From NCBI RefSeq assembly GCF_030013205.1, contig NZ_CP122648.1: a stretch of 64,000 nucleotides of DNA, one strand, 5' to 3'. Positions within the stretch are counted from its first letter, which is position 1. Each line of letters starts with the position of its first letter. Under the pieces are notes generated by a model that was not told the DNA's origin, did not search any database, and worked only from the letters and a program-made list of their open reading frames with translations. Both the position numbers and the translations under genes were made by a program. This DNA comes from Escherichia coli. Lineage in GTDB: Bacteria; Pseudomonadota; Gammaproteobacteria; Enterobacterales; Enterobacteriaceae. This document shows positions 47,567-57,362 of this stretch, in pieces.

Positions 47567-48880
47567 TCAGGCACCAACAATATTGCGCAGATCAAACACC
47601 CGACACGCCTTGCCTTCTGAACGCGGGATACTGCCACAGTTAACGATCATCACATCGGTAGAGATCCCCACCATCGACTTAATCCGATGGCGCAGCTGGT
47701 GGCATACCTGGCAACGCTGCTCATGCGTCAATGTCAGGCTACTTTCTTTCAACTCCACTTTCACAGAAAGTGAATCAAGATGCCCCCGGCGGTTCACCTC
47801 CAGTTGGTAATGCGGCGATAAATGTTCGAATTTGACAATCTCTTCTTCCAGTTGTGACGGGAAGACATTTACACCGCGAATGATCAACATGTCATCGCTG
47901 CGTCCGCTGATGCGATCCATGCGGCGCATAGTCCGCGCCGTTCCTGGTAACAGTCGGGTTAAATCACGCGTGCGGTAACGAATGACCGGCAATGCTTCTT
48001 TGGTCAGCGTGGTGAATAACAGTTCGCCATGTTCACCATCGGCAAGCGGTGTGCCGTCATGAGGATTAACAATTTCAGGATAGAAATGATCTTCCCAAAT
48101 AGTTGGACCGTCGGTAGTTTCCAGACACTCCATCGCCACCCCCGGCCCCATCACTTCTGACAGGCCATAAATATCCAGTGCGGTGATCCCCAGACGCCGT
48201 TCAATCTCTTTACGCATGGCCTGTGTCCACGGCTCAGCACCAAACACGCCAACCCGCAGCGAGCAACCGCTGGCATCACCGCCCAACTGCCGCTCCAGCT
48301 CTTCAATCAGGTTAAGGCAATAAGATGGCGTAACCATGATCATATCTGGTTGAAAATCGCGGATCAGTTGCGCTTGTTTTTCCGTCTGCCCGCCAGACAT
48401 CGGGATCACCGTAGCGCCCAGACGTTCGGCACCATAGTGCGCGCCCAGCCCACCAGTAAACAGGCCGTAACCATAGGCAACATGAATTTTGTCTTTGGGC
48501 GAGCCCCCTGCCGCACGCAAAGAACGCGCTACAATATTGGCCCAGTTATCAATATCGTTTTGCGTATAACCGACAACTGTCGGTTTACCTGTGGTTCCCG
48601 AAGAAGCATGAATGCGCACCACTTGTTCCATCGGCACGGCAAAGGTGTCAAAGGGATAGTTGTCGCGCAGATCCTGTTTGGTGGTACAGGGAAATTTACG
48701 CAGGTCTGAAAGTTCCCTGAAATCATCAGGATGTACGCCTGCTGCGTCGAATTTGCGCCGATACATCGGGACATTTTCATACGCGTGTTTGAGCGTCCAT
48801 TTCAGACGCTGTGTTTGCAACGCCTGTAACTCATCAACAGACGCGGTTTCAATCGGGTCAAGCTTTGTATTGGTTATCAT
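47567..48880 (-). CDS. paaK: Phenylacetate-CoA ligase
   Basis: ORF 47567..48964; start at internal Met (MITNTKLDPIE...) giving 437 aa; adenylate-forming enzyme motifs (SSGTTGKPT). Confidence 0.9.
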   Translation of the reverse strand: MITNTKLDPIETASVDELQALQTQRLKWTLKHAYENVPMYRRKFDAAGVHPDDFRELSDLRKFPCTTKQDLRDNYPFDTFAVPMEQVVRIHASSGTTGKPTVVGYTQNDIDNWANIVARSLRAAGGSPKDKIHVAYGYGLFTGGLGAHYGAERLGATVIPMSGGQTEKQAQLIRDFQPDMIMVTPSYCLNLIEELERQLGGDASGCSLRVGVFGAEPWTQAMRKEIERRLGITALDIYGLSEVMGPGVAMECLETTDGPTIWEDHFYPEIVNPHDGTPLADGEHGELLFTTLTKEALPVIRYRTRDLTRLLPGTARTMRRMDRISGRSDDMLIIRGVNVFPSQLEEEIVKFEHLSPHYQLEVNRRGHLDSLSVKVELKESSLTLTHEQRCQVCHQLRHRIKSMVGISTDVMIVNCGSIPRSEGKACRVFDLRNIVGA

Positions 48881-48906
48881 TGTAGGGTACTCGCAGGTTG
48901 ATATGC

Positions 48907-50112
48907 TCAAACACGCTCCAGAATCATGGCGATGCCCTGACCGACACCGATGCACATGGTGCATAATGCGTAACGACCGTTACGCCGATGCAGCTCATGG
49001 CTGGCAGCCAGTGCCAGGCGGGCACCACTCATTCCCAACGGATGGCCTAAGGCGATAGCGCCTCCGTTGGGGTTAACATGTGGGGCATCATCAGGCAGCC
49101 CCAATTCGCGTAGTACACCCAACGCCTGGGCCGCGAACGCTTCGTTCAGTTCAATCACGTCCATATCGTGAATACTCAGCCCCGCGCGTTCCAGCACCCG
49201 GCGAGTTGCAGGCACCGGACCAAGCCCCATCAGACGCGGTTCCACCCCGGCGGTTGCCATGGCTACGATACGCGCCCGCGGCGTCAGTCCTTGCGCTGCT
49301 GCCATCTGTTCACTGGCAATAATCAACGCAGCGGCTCCGTCATTCACCCCGGAGGCATTGCCTGCGGTAATCACCCCATTGGCACGAAACGGTGCTTTTA
49401 ACCCACGTAACTGTTCCAGCGTCGTTTCCGGGCGCAGATGCTCATCATGTTGTATTTCTGTTACAACGCCTTTCTTGTTTTTCAACACAACCGGAACAAT
49501 CTCCTCAGCCAGAATGCCTGAGGATTGCGCTTTTGCCGTACGTTGCTGACTGCGTAGCGCAAAACTATCTTGATCTTCTCGCGAGATTTTTAACAGTTCA
49601 GCTACATTCTCTGCCGTTTCCGGCATGCTGTCAGTTCCAAATTGTTGAGCCATGAGCGGGTTCACAAATCGCCAGCCAATAGTGGTATCAAACATCTCAG
49701 CCTGACGAGAAAATGCACTGGTTGCCTTGCCCATAACAAACGGTGCCCGAGACATTGACTCCACGCCACCAGCGATCAGCAAATCGCCATCGCCCGCTTT
49801 AATCGCCCGTGCGGCGAACCCCAGTGCGTCCAGCCCGGAACCACACAAGCGGTTAATGGTTGTGCCGGAAACACTCTGCGGCAGCCCCGCCAGTAACGTC
49901 GCCATCCGTGCTACGTTACGGTTGTCTTCTCCCGCCTGATTAGCACAGCCGAGGATCACATCATCGATACACTCCGCATCGAGACGCGGGTTTCGCACCA
50001 GCAGCTCCCGCAAAGGGATAGCAGCCAGATCGTCAGCCCGAACACCTGATAATGCCCCGCCGTAGCGACCAATTGGCGTACGAATTCCGTCACAGATAAA
50101 GGCTTCACGCAT
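48907..50112 (-). CDS. paaJ: 3-oxoadipyl-CoA / 3-oxo-5,6-dehydrosuberyl-CoA thiolase
   Basis: 401 aa thiolase (catalytic Cys context [10 protein letters not shown]). Confidence 0.9.
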   Translation of the reverse strand: MREAFICDGIRTPIGRYGGALSGVRADDLAAIPLRELLVRNPRLDAECIDDVILGCANQAGEDNRNVARMATLLAGLPQSVSGTTINRLCGSGLDALGFAARAIKAGDGDLLIAGGVESMSRAPFVMGKATSAFSRQAEMFDTTIGWRFVNPLMAQQFGTDSMPETAENVAELLKISREDQDSFALRSQQRTAKAQSSGILAEEIVPVVLKNKKGVVTEIQHDEHLRPETTLEQLRGLKAPFRANGVITAGNASGVNDGAAALIIASEQMAAAQGLTPRARIVAMATAGVEPRLMGLGPVPATRRVLERAGLSIHDMDVIELNEAFAAQALGVLRELGLPDDAPHVNPNGGAIALGHPLGMSGARLALAASHELHRRNGRYALCTMCIGVGQGIAMILERV

Positions 50113-50534
50113 CAGGCTTCTCCTGTAATGGTGCCGCCGATGCGGTGAGATTTACCGCGAAACAGCGCAACCGTTTTTTGTTGTTGGTTAACAATTTCGA
50201 TGTCGTAAACACCGGTTTGCTTGCCCTGATGACGAACCTGCGCAGTCGCAGTTAAGGTGTCTCCGGCAAAGCCTGGACGTAAAAAATCAATCGTGCAGGC
50301 AGAAGCGACAGCTGCCAACCCCTGGCTATTGCAGGCGTAGGCAAAGGCAGTATCAGCCAGTGAAAATAGCTGCCCGCCGTGGCAACTTTGATGACCATTA
50401 AGCATTTGTACAGTGACGGTCATGGTCACTACAGCAAAGCCTTCATCCATTGAGATAATGTCGATGCCAAGCGCTTTGGCGCAGGCATCGTTCTCATACA
50501 TTGCATGGGCATTTTGCCAGGCCTTATGACTCAT
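50112..50534 (-). CDS. paaI: Hotdog-fold acyl-CoA thioesterase
   Basis: 140 aa from internal Met. Confidence 0.85.
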   Translation of the reverse strand: MSHKAWQNAHAMYENDACAKALGIDIISMDEGFAVVTMTVTVQMLNGHQSCHGGQLFSLADTAFAYACNSQGLAAVASACTIDFLRPGFAGDTLTATAQVRHQGKQTGVYDIEIVNQQQKTVALFRGKSHRIGGTITGEA

Positions 50535-51951
50535 AACCGCTCTCCAGAAGCGCCCGTTGGCGCAGCAATGAACATGGGCGATAGCGTTCTTCGCCATAGT
50601 GATGTTGTAGATTTTCCAGGAGCCTTAATATTCGCTGCCAGCCAAGTTGCGCTCCCCAGGCAAGCGGGCCATATGGATAATTCACCCCAAGACGCATGGC
50701 GGTATCGATATCCTGTTCAGAGGCCACGCCTTTTTGCAGCGCATCAAGGGCTTCATTGATGATCATTGCTACCGTTCGCCAAATCAGCATTCCAGGGTAA
50801 TCTGCAATTTGCAGCACTGTTTTGCCCTGCTGTTGCAGGTAATAAATGGCCTTGTGGGTCGCTGAGTCCGGGTTCACCGCTGCCGCAGCAATGGTCACCA
50901 CCTTGCCCGCCATTTTGTCGATAACTACCACCGGGCGCGCCAGTCGTGTTGCCAGCGCCTGTGCCGTCTCGCCTTGTGTCTCAATCAATAAAACATCGTC
51001 AATTTCCGTGACACCGTCACTTTTCTTTTCTACTTTCATTGGGCTAAAACTGTCGCTTACCGCTTCCAGGCCAACAACTGCCTCACGTTCCGCGCGCCAG
51101 TCGTACACGCCCAGCCCACTTTTCTTGCCCAACCGTCCACCAATCACCAGTTCCTGTTGCACCAGCGAAGGTAAAAAACGACGCTCCTGCCAGAAAGCGT
51201 TAAACACCGAACAGGTGACAGCAAAATTGACGTCCTGACCAATCAGATCGGTTAATTCCAGCGGCCCCATCGGGAAACCAGCGCCATCGCGAAGCGCAGC
51301 GTCAATCACTTCTGGTGTAGCAATCTGCTCTTCCAGTGCCCGCCAGGCCTCGGAATAATAAGGACGCGCAACACGGTTAACGATAAATCCGGGGGTCGAA
51401 TGACAGCGCACTGGCTGCTTACCCCAACTCAATGTCAGTTCACACAGCTGCTCGACAACTTCCGCTGCCGTTGCCAGCCCACTGACCACCTCCACCAACT
51501 TCATCACCGGTGCCGGGTTAAAAAAATGCAGCCCCGCAACACGTTCAGGATTTTTCACCTCCGCAGCAATCGCGGTTATAGAGATTGACGAAGTGTTAGT
51601 GGTCAATAGCGTTTGTGGCGGGCAAACTTCCGCCAGCTGTGCAAAGAGCGCTTTTTTGACTTCCAGACGTTCAGACGCCGCTTCAATGACCAAGTCCGCA
51701 GCTGCCAGCGCGTGAATATCGGTCACCTGGATCAGGCGTTTCAATGTGCGTTCACAGGTTTCAGCAGTCAGTTTTCCCCGCGTCACTCGTGAATTTAGCC
51801 GCGCGTGTATCCCGTCGATTGCGCGGGTCAGCGCTTCAGCAGAAATGTCATACAGTAAAACCTGATGTCCATGACTGGCGGCAACTTCAGCAATGCCAGC
51901 CCCCATGGTGCCGCTCCCAATCACTGCCACAGTTTGCACATTTATCATCAT
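50524..51951 (-). CDS. paaH: 3-hydroxyadipyl-CoA dehydrogenase (NAD+)
   Basis: 475 aa from internal Met (MMINVQTVAVIGSGTMGAGIA...); Rossmann GxGxxG. Confidence 0.9.
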   Translation of the reverse strand: MMINVQTVAVIGSGTMGAGIAEVAASHGHQVLLYDISAEALTRAIDGIHARLNSRVTRGKLTAETCERTLKRLIQVTDIHALAAADLVIEAASERLEVKKALFAQLAEVCPPQTLLTTNTSSISITAIAAEVKNPERVAGLHFFNPAPVMKLVEVVSGLATAAEVVEQLCELTLSWGKQPVRCHSTPGFIVNRVARPYYSEAWRALEEQIATPEVIDAALRDGAGFPMGPLELTDLIGQDVNFAVTCSVFNAFWQERRFLPSLVQQELVIGGRLGKKSGLGVYDWRAEREAVVGLEAVSDSFSPMKVEKKSDGVTEIDDVLLIETQGETAQALATRLARPVVVIDKMAGKVVTIAAAAVNPDSATHKAIYYLQQQGKTVLQIADYPGMLIWRTVAMIINEALDALQKGVASEQDIDTAMRLGVNYPYGPLAWGAQLGWQRILRLLENLQHHYGEERYRPCSLLRQRALLESGYES

Positions 51952-51952
51952 G

Positions 51953-52741
51953 CTATTTCCCCGTGAACTGCGGTGAGCGTTTAGCCAGGAACGCACTGAC
52001 ACCTTCACGATAATCTGCGCTCCGTCCGGCAAGTCGCTGATAGTCACGTTCCAGATCCAGTTGCGTATCAAGCGTATTGGTTTCAGCGCTATTTATCGCT
52101 TGCTTGATAAGTCCAAGACCAAATGTCGGTTGTGTCGCCAGATGCCGTGCCAGCTGTTGCGCGGTATCTGCCAGCGTTTCATCATCAACAACCTGCCAGA
52201 TCATCCCCCATTCGTGCGCCTGTTCAGCACTCAGTTGATTCCCCAGCAGTGCCAGCCCCATGGCGCGCGCTCGTCCGGCAACGCGTGGCAGTAACCAGGT
52301 ACCACCGCAATCGGGTACCAAACCTAACTTACTAAACGCCATGACGAATTTTGCTGAACGGGCAGCAATAACGATATCGCACCCCAGTGCCAGTGTTGCG
52401 CCTGCCCCTGCAGCCACGCCATTAACTGCACAGATCACCGGTTTTGGCAGTTTTGCCAGGCGACGTACCAGTGGGTTATAGAAACGTTCAACTGACATCC
52501 CTAAATCCGGTGCGGGGCCTGTGGGATCAACGTTACGATCGTTAAGATCCTGACCAGCACAAAATCCACGTCCGGCACCTGTAATTAACAAGCAACGGAT
52601 AGTGTCGTCGCGCTCGACCTGTTTCAGGCACTCTGCCAGTTGTGCGTGCATCTCATCATTAAAACTGTTCAGGCGTTCCGGGCGGTTGAGCGTTAGTGTC
52701 ATCACGCCCTTTTCTACATGACTGAGGATGAATTCCATCAT
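51953..52741 (-). CDS. paaG: 1,2-epoxyphenylacetyl-CoA isomerase (crotonase family)
   Basis: 262 aa enoyl-CoA hydratase/isomerase fold. Confidence 0.9.
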   Translation of the reverse strand: MMEFILSHVEKGVMTLTLNRPERLNSFNDEMHAQLAECLKQVERDDTIRCLLITGAGRGFCAGQDLNDRNVDPTGPAPDLGMSVERFYNPLVRRLAKLPKPVICAVNGVAAGAGATLALGCDIVIAARSAKFVMAFSKLGLVPDCGGTWLLPRVAGRARAMGLALLGNQLSAEQAHEWGMIWQVVDDETLADTAQQLARHLATQPTFGLGLIKQAINSAETNTLDTQLDLERDYQRLAGRSADYREGVSAFLAKRSPQFTGK

Positions 52742-53508
52742 TAGCGTCCTTTAAAGTCGGGCGTGCGTTTTTGTAAGAAAGCGGAGATGCCTTCATGACG
52801 ATCTTCTGTTGCCGCCAGCAAGGTGAATAACTGTCGCTCCTGGGCAAGTCCGGCTTGTAAAGCCACTTCCTGCGACTGGCGCAGCGCTTGCTTTGCCGCT
52901 TGTAAGGCCAGCGGCGAGTGACGTGCCATTTTCGATGCCAACTGTAAGGCGTATTCGAGGGTTAAATCTCTGGGGAATACGTCGCTAACCAGCCCGGCCT
53001 GCTGTGCTTGCTGGGCGGTGATACTTTCTCCGCTCAGCACCATTTTGCTGGCTAACGATTTACCGACACTACGGATTAAACGTTGCGTTCCGCCTGCGCC
53101 AGGCATGATGCCGAGAGTGATTTCCGGCAACCCAAAACGCGCGTTCTCTCCGGCAACCACCACATCGCACAACAATGCCAGTTCGCAACCCGCACCAAGC
53201 GCGTAACCATTGACGGCTGCGATGAGTGGTTTGTTAAAGGCCTGCAATCGCGCCCATAGCTGGGGACGTGTATCGTTTAAGGTGGCCGCGAGATCTTTTT
53301 CTGCCATTTCGTTGAGATCGGCCCCGGCGGCAAAAAAGCGTGCATTACCGGTAATCACACAGACCGAAATGCTGCTATCGGTAGCCGCAGCTTCCAGTTC
53401 ATTTACCAGTTGCGTCAGAAGGGCATTATTTAGCGCATTACGTGCGGCGGGACGGTTAAGGGTCAGCAACAATACTCGTTGCTGACGGCTGACGATCAGT
53501 TCGCTCAT
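52741..53508 (-). CDS. paaF: 2,3-dehydroadipyl-CoA hydratase (crotonase family)
   Basis: 255 aa enoyl-CoA hydratase fold. Confidence 0.9.
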   Translation of the reverse strand: MSELIVSRQQRVLLLTLNRPAARNALNNALLTQLVNELEAAATDSSISVCVITGNARFFAAGADLNEMAEKDLAATLNDTRPQLWARLQAFNKPLIAAVNGYALGAGCELALLCDVVVAGENARFGLPEITLGIMPGAGGTQRLIRSVGKSLASKMVLSGESITAQQAQQAGLVSDVFPRDLTLEYALQLASKMARHSPLALQAAKQALRQSQEVALQAGLAQERQLFTLLAATEDRHEGISAFLQKRTPDFKGR

Positions 53509-54575
53509 GCCATCCCCTTCGCGTCAAAGTCAACCACCACATCGCTGGTCAGCGGCAGTGCCTGGCAACTCAACACATAGCCTGCGGACAGTTCATCCGG
53601 TTCCAGACTGTAATTGGTTTCCATCGCCACTTTGCCACGCAGCACTTTGCATTTGCAGGTCGCACAGACGCCGCCTTTGCAGGCATAGGGCAGATCCGCC
53701 CCCTGGCGCAATGCCGCATCGAGAATGCTTTCATCGTCGGCATTAAGCACGATTTCCCGATCCCGCCCATCCTGACGTACAGTCACTTTTTGTCCGTCAC
53801 TTTGCACGTTAACGCTACGTTTGACGCGCGTGCCAGGCGTATTAAACCGCTCCAGATGAATAGCTTTTTCTGGCATTCCCAGTGCTTTTAAGGCGGCTTC
53901 CGCGTCATCCATCATCGCCGCCGGACCACAAATAAACGCCTCATCATAAAGACGAAAATTAATGAGCGAGGCCCCAAGTGACTGTAATTTTTCACCGTCA
54001 ATACGCCCGTGAAGCAGATCGCTGTCGAGGGTTTCCTGACTGAAAATGCACAACAACTGTAAACGCTGAGGATATTTGTCTTTCAGGTCTGCCAGTGCCT
54101 GGCGAAACATCATGCTCTGGCTGGTACGGTTACCGTAGATCAGGGTGAACTGACTTTCAGGCTCGGTTTGTAAAGTGGTAGCGATAATCGCCAGCATTGG
54201 CGTAATACCTGATCCTGCTGCAATAGCCAGATAGCGCCCCTGGCGTTCGGCCTGCGGCTGATAGCCGAAATGCCCCTGCGGCACCATGACCTCCAGCGTC
54301 ATACCCTGGCGTATGTGTTCGCGGGCATAGCGGGAGAAACGTCCGCCTTCAATGGCTTTCACCGCCACACTAATTTCGCCAGGCAGGTAGCTGCGGCAAA
54401 TGGAGTAACAACGGCGTAATTCTTCACCATCAAAGCTGGCTTTTAAGGTCAAATGTTGACCGGGGCGAAAGCGATACGCCTCCTGCAAAGGCTGGGGCAC
54501 CGCAAAGGTAATGGTCACCGCATCACGGGTTTCCGGCTCCACTTTTGCCACCGTTAAGGAATGAAACGTTGTCAT
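53505..54575 (-). CDS. paaE: Phenylacetyl-CoA 1,2-epoxidase reductase subunit (ferredoxin-NAD(P) reductase with 2Fe-2S)
   Basis: 356 aa from internal Met; C-terminal 2Fe-2S Cys cluster (CKGGVCATCKC). Confidence 0.9.
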   Translation of the reverse strand: MTTFHSLTVAKVEPETRDAVTITFAVPQPLQEAYRFRPGQHLTLKASFDGEELRRCYSICRSYLPGEISVAVKAIEGGRFSRYAREHIRQGMTLEVMVPQGHFGYQPQAERQGRYLAIAAGSGITPMLAIIATTLQTEPESQFTLIYGNRTSQSMMFRQALADLKDKYPQRLQLLCIFSQETLDSDLLHGRIDGEKLQSLGASLINFRLYDEAFICGPAAMMDDAEAALKALGMPEKAIHLERFNTPGTRVKRSVNVQSDGQKVTVRQDGRDREIVLNADDESILDAALRQGADLPYACKGGVCATCKCKVLRGKVAMETNYSLEPDELSAGYVLSCQALPLTSDVVVDFDAKGMA

Positions 54576-54582
54576 GGCATCC

Positions 54583-55080
54583 TCAAATACATTTGAAATA
54601 ATCGAAAGGTTCGCGGCAACTATCGCAGCGATACAATGCTTTGCAGGCCGTGGAACCAAATTCACTGATAAGTGTGGTATGGACGCTGGCGCAGCGCGGG
54701 CAACGTACTTCTGGCGGCAAATGGGCATGGCAACTATGTCCTGCGGGCGGGCTAATGCCATACAGTCGCAGACGCTCACGGGCATCGGGGGTCATCCAGT
54801 CGGTGGTCCATGCCGGGTCGAGTTGCAGCACAACCTGAACGGGAGTAAACCCGTGGGTTGTCAGTGCCTCACGTATCGCGCCAATCAAATGTTCCGTTGC
54901 CGGACAACCGGAATATGTCGGCGTAAAGCCGATCACCCATCCTTCTCCCATCTGTGTCACATTACGCACCATGCCTAAATCGGTAATGGTCAGCACCGGG
55001 ATCTCCGGGTCCGGGATCTGGCTGAGTAGCGCCCATATCTCATGCACCTGCGGCGGTGCAATGGTGGCCAGACGTTGCAT
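54583..55080 (-). CDS. paaD: Phenylacetyl-CoA epoxidase accessory subunit PaaD
   Basis: 165 aa from internal Met (MQRLATIAPPQ...). Confidence 0.85.
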   Translation of the reverse strand: MQRLATIAPPQVHEIWALLSQIPDPEIPVLTITDLGMVRNVTQMGEGWVIGFTPTYSGCPATEHLIGAIREALTTHGFTPVQVVLQLDPAWTTDWMTPDARERLRLYGISPPAGHSCHAHLPPEVRCPRCASVHTTLISEFGSTACKALYRCDSCREPFDYFKCI

Positions 55081-55094
55081 ACCCATCTCCTCTG

Positions 55095-55841
55095 TTACCA
55101 TTGCTGACCGGGCAAGACACGCTGGAGATACTGCATTTCTGCCAGCATGGGTCCAAGGTGTTCGGTATGCAGTCCTTTTTTACCGCCAGTGCGATACGCC
55201 TGCTCTTGCGGTACGTTCAATGTGGCTTCGTTGATCCCGGCAAAAACTTCGGCTTCCCACGCTGCGCGTAAAGTGCGTGGATCAACCGCAATACCCTCTT
55301 CACTCAGTGCAATATCAATCTCGTCGGCATCGAACAGTTCGGCGGTAAAACGCCACAACTTGTCGATGGCCTGCTGCATTTTTTGCCCTGATACGTCAGT
55401 ACCATTGCCCAGTCGCTCCAGCCAGCCACGACTAAAACGCAGGTGATAACGCGCTTCTTTGATTGCTTTGGCAGAAATAGCCGCCAGTTGCGGATCACGG
55501 CTTTCCATCAGACGGGTAAAGAGCGCCACATGCCATGCATCGATGAAATACTGACGTGCAATGGTGTCGGCAAAATTGCCGTTTGGTTGTTCAACCAACA
55601 ATAAGTTGCTGAACTGGCGCTCGTCTCGGGTGAAGGCCAGGGTATCTTCATCGCCTTCTCCCGCTAATTCAGCGGCATACGATAAGAAGTTGCGTGCCTG
55701 ACCTAATAAATCGAGGCCAATGTTTGCCAGTGCGAGATCGATTTCCAGTTCCGGTGCGTGACCGCACCATTCACCCAACCGCTGGGAGAGCACCAGGCAG
55801 TTATCGCCCAGGCGCAAGGTGTAAGCCGTTAACTGATTCAT
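55095..55841 (-). CDS. paaC: Phenylacetyl-CoA 1,2-epoxidase structural subunit PaaC
   Basis: 248 aa from internal Met. Confidence 0.85.
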   Translation of the reverse strand: MNQLTAYTLRLGDNCLVLSQRLGEWCGHAPELEIDLALANIGLDLLGQARNFLSYAAELAGEGDEDTLAFTRDERQFSNLLLVEQPNGNFADTIARQYFIDAWHVALFTRLMESRDPQLAAISAKAIKEARYHLRFSRGWLERLGNGTDVSGQKMQQAIDKLWRFTAELFDADEIDIALSEEGIAVDPRTLRAAWEAEVFAGINEATLNVPQEQAYRTGGKKGLHTEHLGPMLAEMQYLQRVLPGQQW

Positions 55842-55849
55842 TTCCGACC

Positions 55850-56137
55850 TCACATGTGCTCAATGCCATCAGGGATGGTGTAAAACGTTGGATGGCGATA
55901 GACCTTGCTTTCAGCCGGATCAAAAAATTCACCGCGTTCTTCCGGTTGCGAGGCAACAATTTCACTCGCCTTCACCACCCAAATTGAACATCCTTCGCTA
56001 CGACGGGTATAAGCATCACGGGCATTTTCCAGTGCCATCCGCTCATCGGCAGCATGTAAACTGCCAACATGGCGGTGTGATAAGCCCTGTTTGCCACGCA
56101 CGAAAACTTCGTATAACGGCCAGTAAACATTACTCAT
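55850..56137 (-). CDS. paaB: Phenylacetyl-CoA 1,2-epoxidase subunit PaaB
   Basis: 95 aa ORF between paaA and paaC. Confidence 0.85.
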   Translation of the reverse strand: MSNVYWPLYEVFVRGKQGLSHRHVGSLHAADERMALENARDAYTRRSEGCSIWVVKASEIVASQPEERGEFFDPAESKVYRHPTFYTIPDGIEHM

Positions 56138-56148
56138 TTTGAAACTCC

Positions 56149-57078
56149 TTATGCGACCTTACAGGCATGTTGTTTTTGTGCATGGGCCAGCGCAGCTTCC
56201 CGTACCCAGGTACCTTCTTCCCAGGCTTTACATTTGGCGTCGAGCCGCTCCTGATTACAAATTCCGCGACCGTTTATCACTTCGTTAAACTCCTGCCAGT
56301 CGATCTCACCAAAGCGGTAGTGACCGCTTTCAGTATCAAAATGCAGATCCGGGTCAGGAACGGTCATACCGAGCATTTCAACCTGTGGAACGGTGTTATC
56401 CACGAAACGCTGGCGGAGTTCGTCGTTGGTGAAACGTTTGATTTTCCAGGCGAGACTTCTGGCGCTGTTTGGCGAGTTATCATCGTTTGGCCCGAACATC
56501 ATTAAGGCTGGCCACCAGAAACGGTTAATGGCGTCTTGCAACATCTGCTTTTGAGCTTCGCTGCCCTGCGCCAGTGCCATGCAGGCTTCAAACCCCTGAC
56601 GCTGGTGAAAACTCTCTTCTTTGCAGATTTTCACCATTGCTCTGGCATACGGGCCATAAGAAGTGCGGCATAACGCCACCTGATTGACGATCGCTGCGCC
56701 ATCCACCAGCCAGCCGATAACGCCGATATCACCCCAACTCAATGTCGGATAATTAAAGATGGAGGAATATTTCATCCGTCCGTCGAGCATTTTTTGGTAG
56801 ATGTCTTCTCTGGCACAGCCCAGTGTTTCGGCGGCGCTATAGAGATACAGACCATGACCGGCTTCATCCTGCACTTTGGCTAACAGAATGGCTTTACGCC
56901 GCAAGGTTGGTGCGCGAGTGATCCAGTTACCTTCAGGCAACATACCCACAATCTCGGAGTGCGCATGCTGCCCAATCTGGCGGATCAATGTCTTTCGGTA
57001 AGCATCGGGCATCCAGTCCTGCGGCTCGATAGCCGTTTCCTGGGCTATCCGTTGCTCAAAGCGTTCTTCTTGGGTCAC
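56149..57078 (-). CDS. paaA: Phenylacetyl-CoA 1,2-epoxidase catalytic subunit PaaA (di-iron)
   Basis: 309 aa; first gene of the paaABC... operon, apparently GTG-initiated. Confidence 0.9.
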   Translation of the reverse strand: MTQEERFEQRIAQETAIEPQDWMPDAYRKTLIRQIGQHAHSEIVGMLPEGNWITRAPTLRRKAILLAKVQDEAGHGLYLYSAAETLGCAREDIYQKMLDGRMKYSSIFNYPTLSWGDIGVIGWLVDGAAIVNQVALCRTSYGPYARAMVKICKEESFHQRQGFEACMALAQGSEAQKQMLQDAINRFWWPALMMFGPNDDNSPNSARSLAWKIKRFTNDELRQRFVDNTVPQVEMLGMTVPDPDLHFDTESGHYRFGEIDWQEFNEVINGRGICNQERLDAKCKAWEEGTWVREAALAHAQKQHACKVA

Positions 57079-57091
57079 GTCATCACCTTTA

Positions 57092-57130
57092 CGATTCCAA
57101 TTTTCGTGAATTAATTAAAAACACGAATCA
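57092..57130. promoter_or_regulatory. Candidate PaaX operator at the paaA promoter
   Basis: cGATTC-N27-GAATCA palindromic half-sites about 15-50 bp upstream of the paaA start, matching the recalled PaaX TGATTC-N27-GAATCA arrangement. Confidence 0.45.
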
Positions 57131-57308
57131 CATTGTTTTATGAAAGTTACACAATAGTTAACTAAAATCACAAATTTTGTATGTTTGAACTGTGACGGAT
57201 TTCGCACCCTATTTTTATAACTCATTATTTATCAGTGCATTAATGTTTTTAGTGGTTGATATACAGATCGCACAGTTAACATTTCGTTAAAATACTCCTT
57301 GCTTTTTA

Positions 57309-57348
57309 TGATTCGTGATTTAACTATTAGAAACAGAAATGTGAAACA
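57309..57348. promoter_or_regulatory. Candidate PaaX operator at the paaZ promoter
   Basis: TGATTCGTGAT box with an imperfect distal half-site GAAaCA about 28 bp away, just upstream of the paaZ RBS. Confidence 0.4.
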
Positions 57349-57362
57349 TCTGGAGAGTAGCG

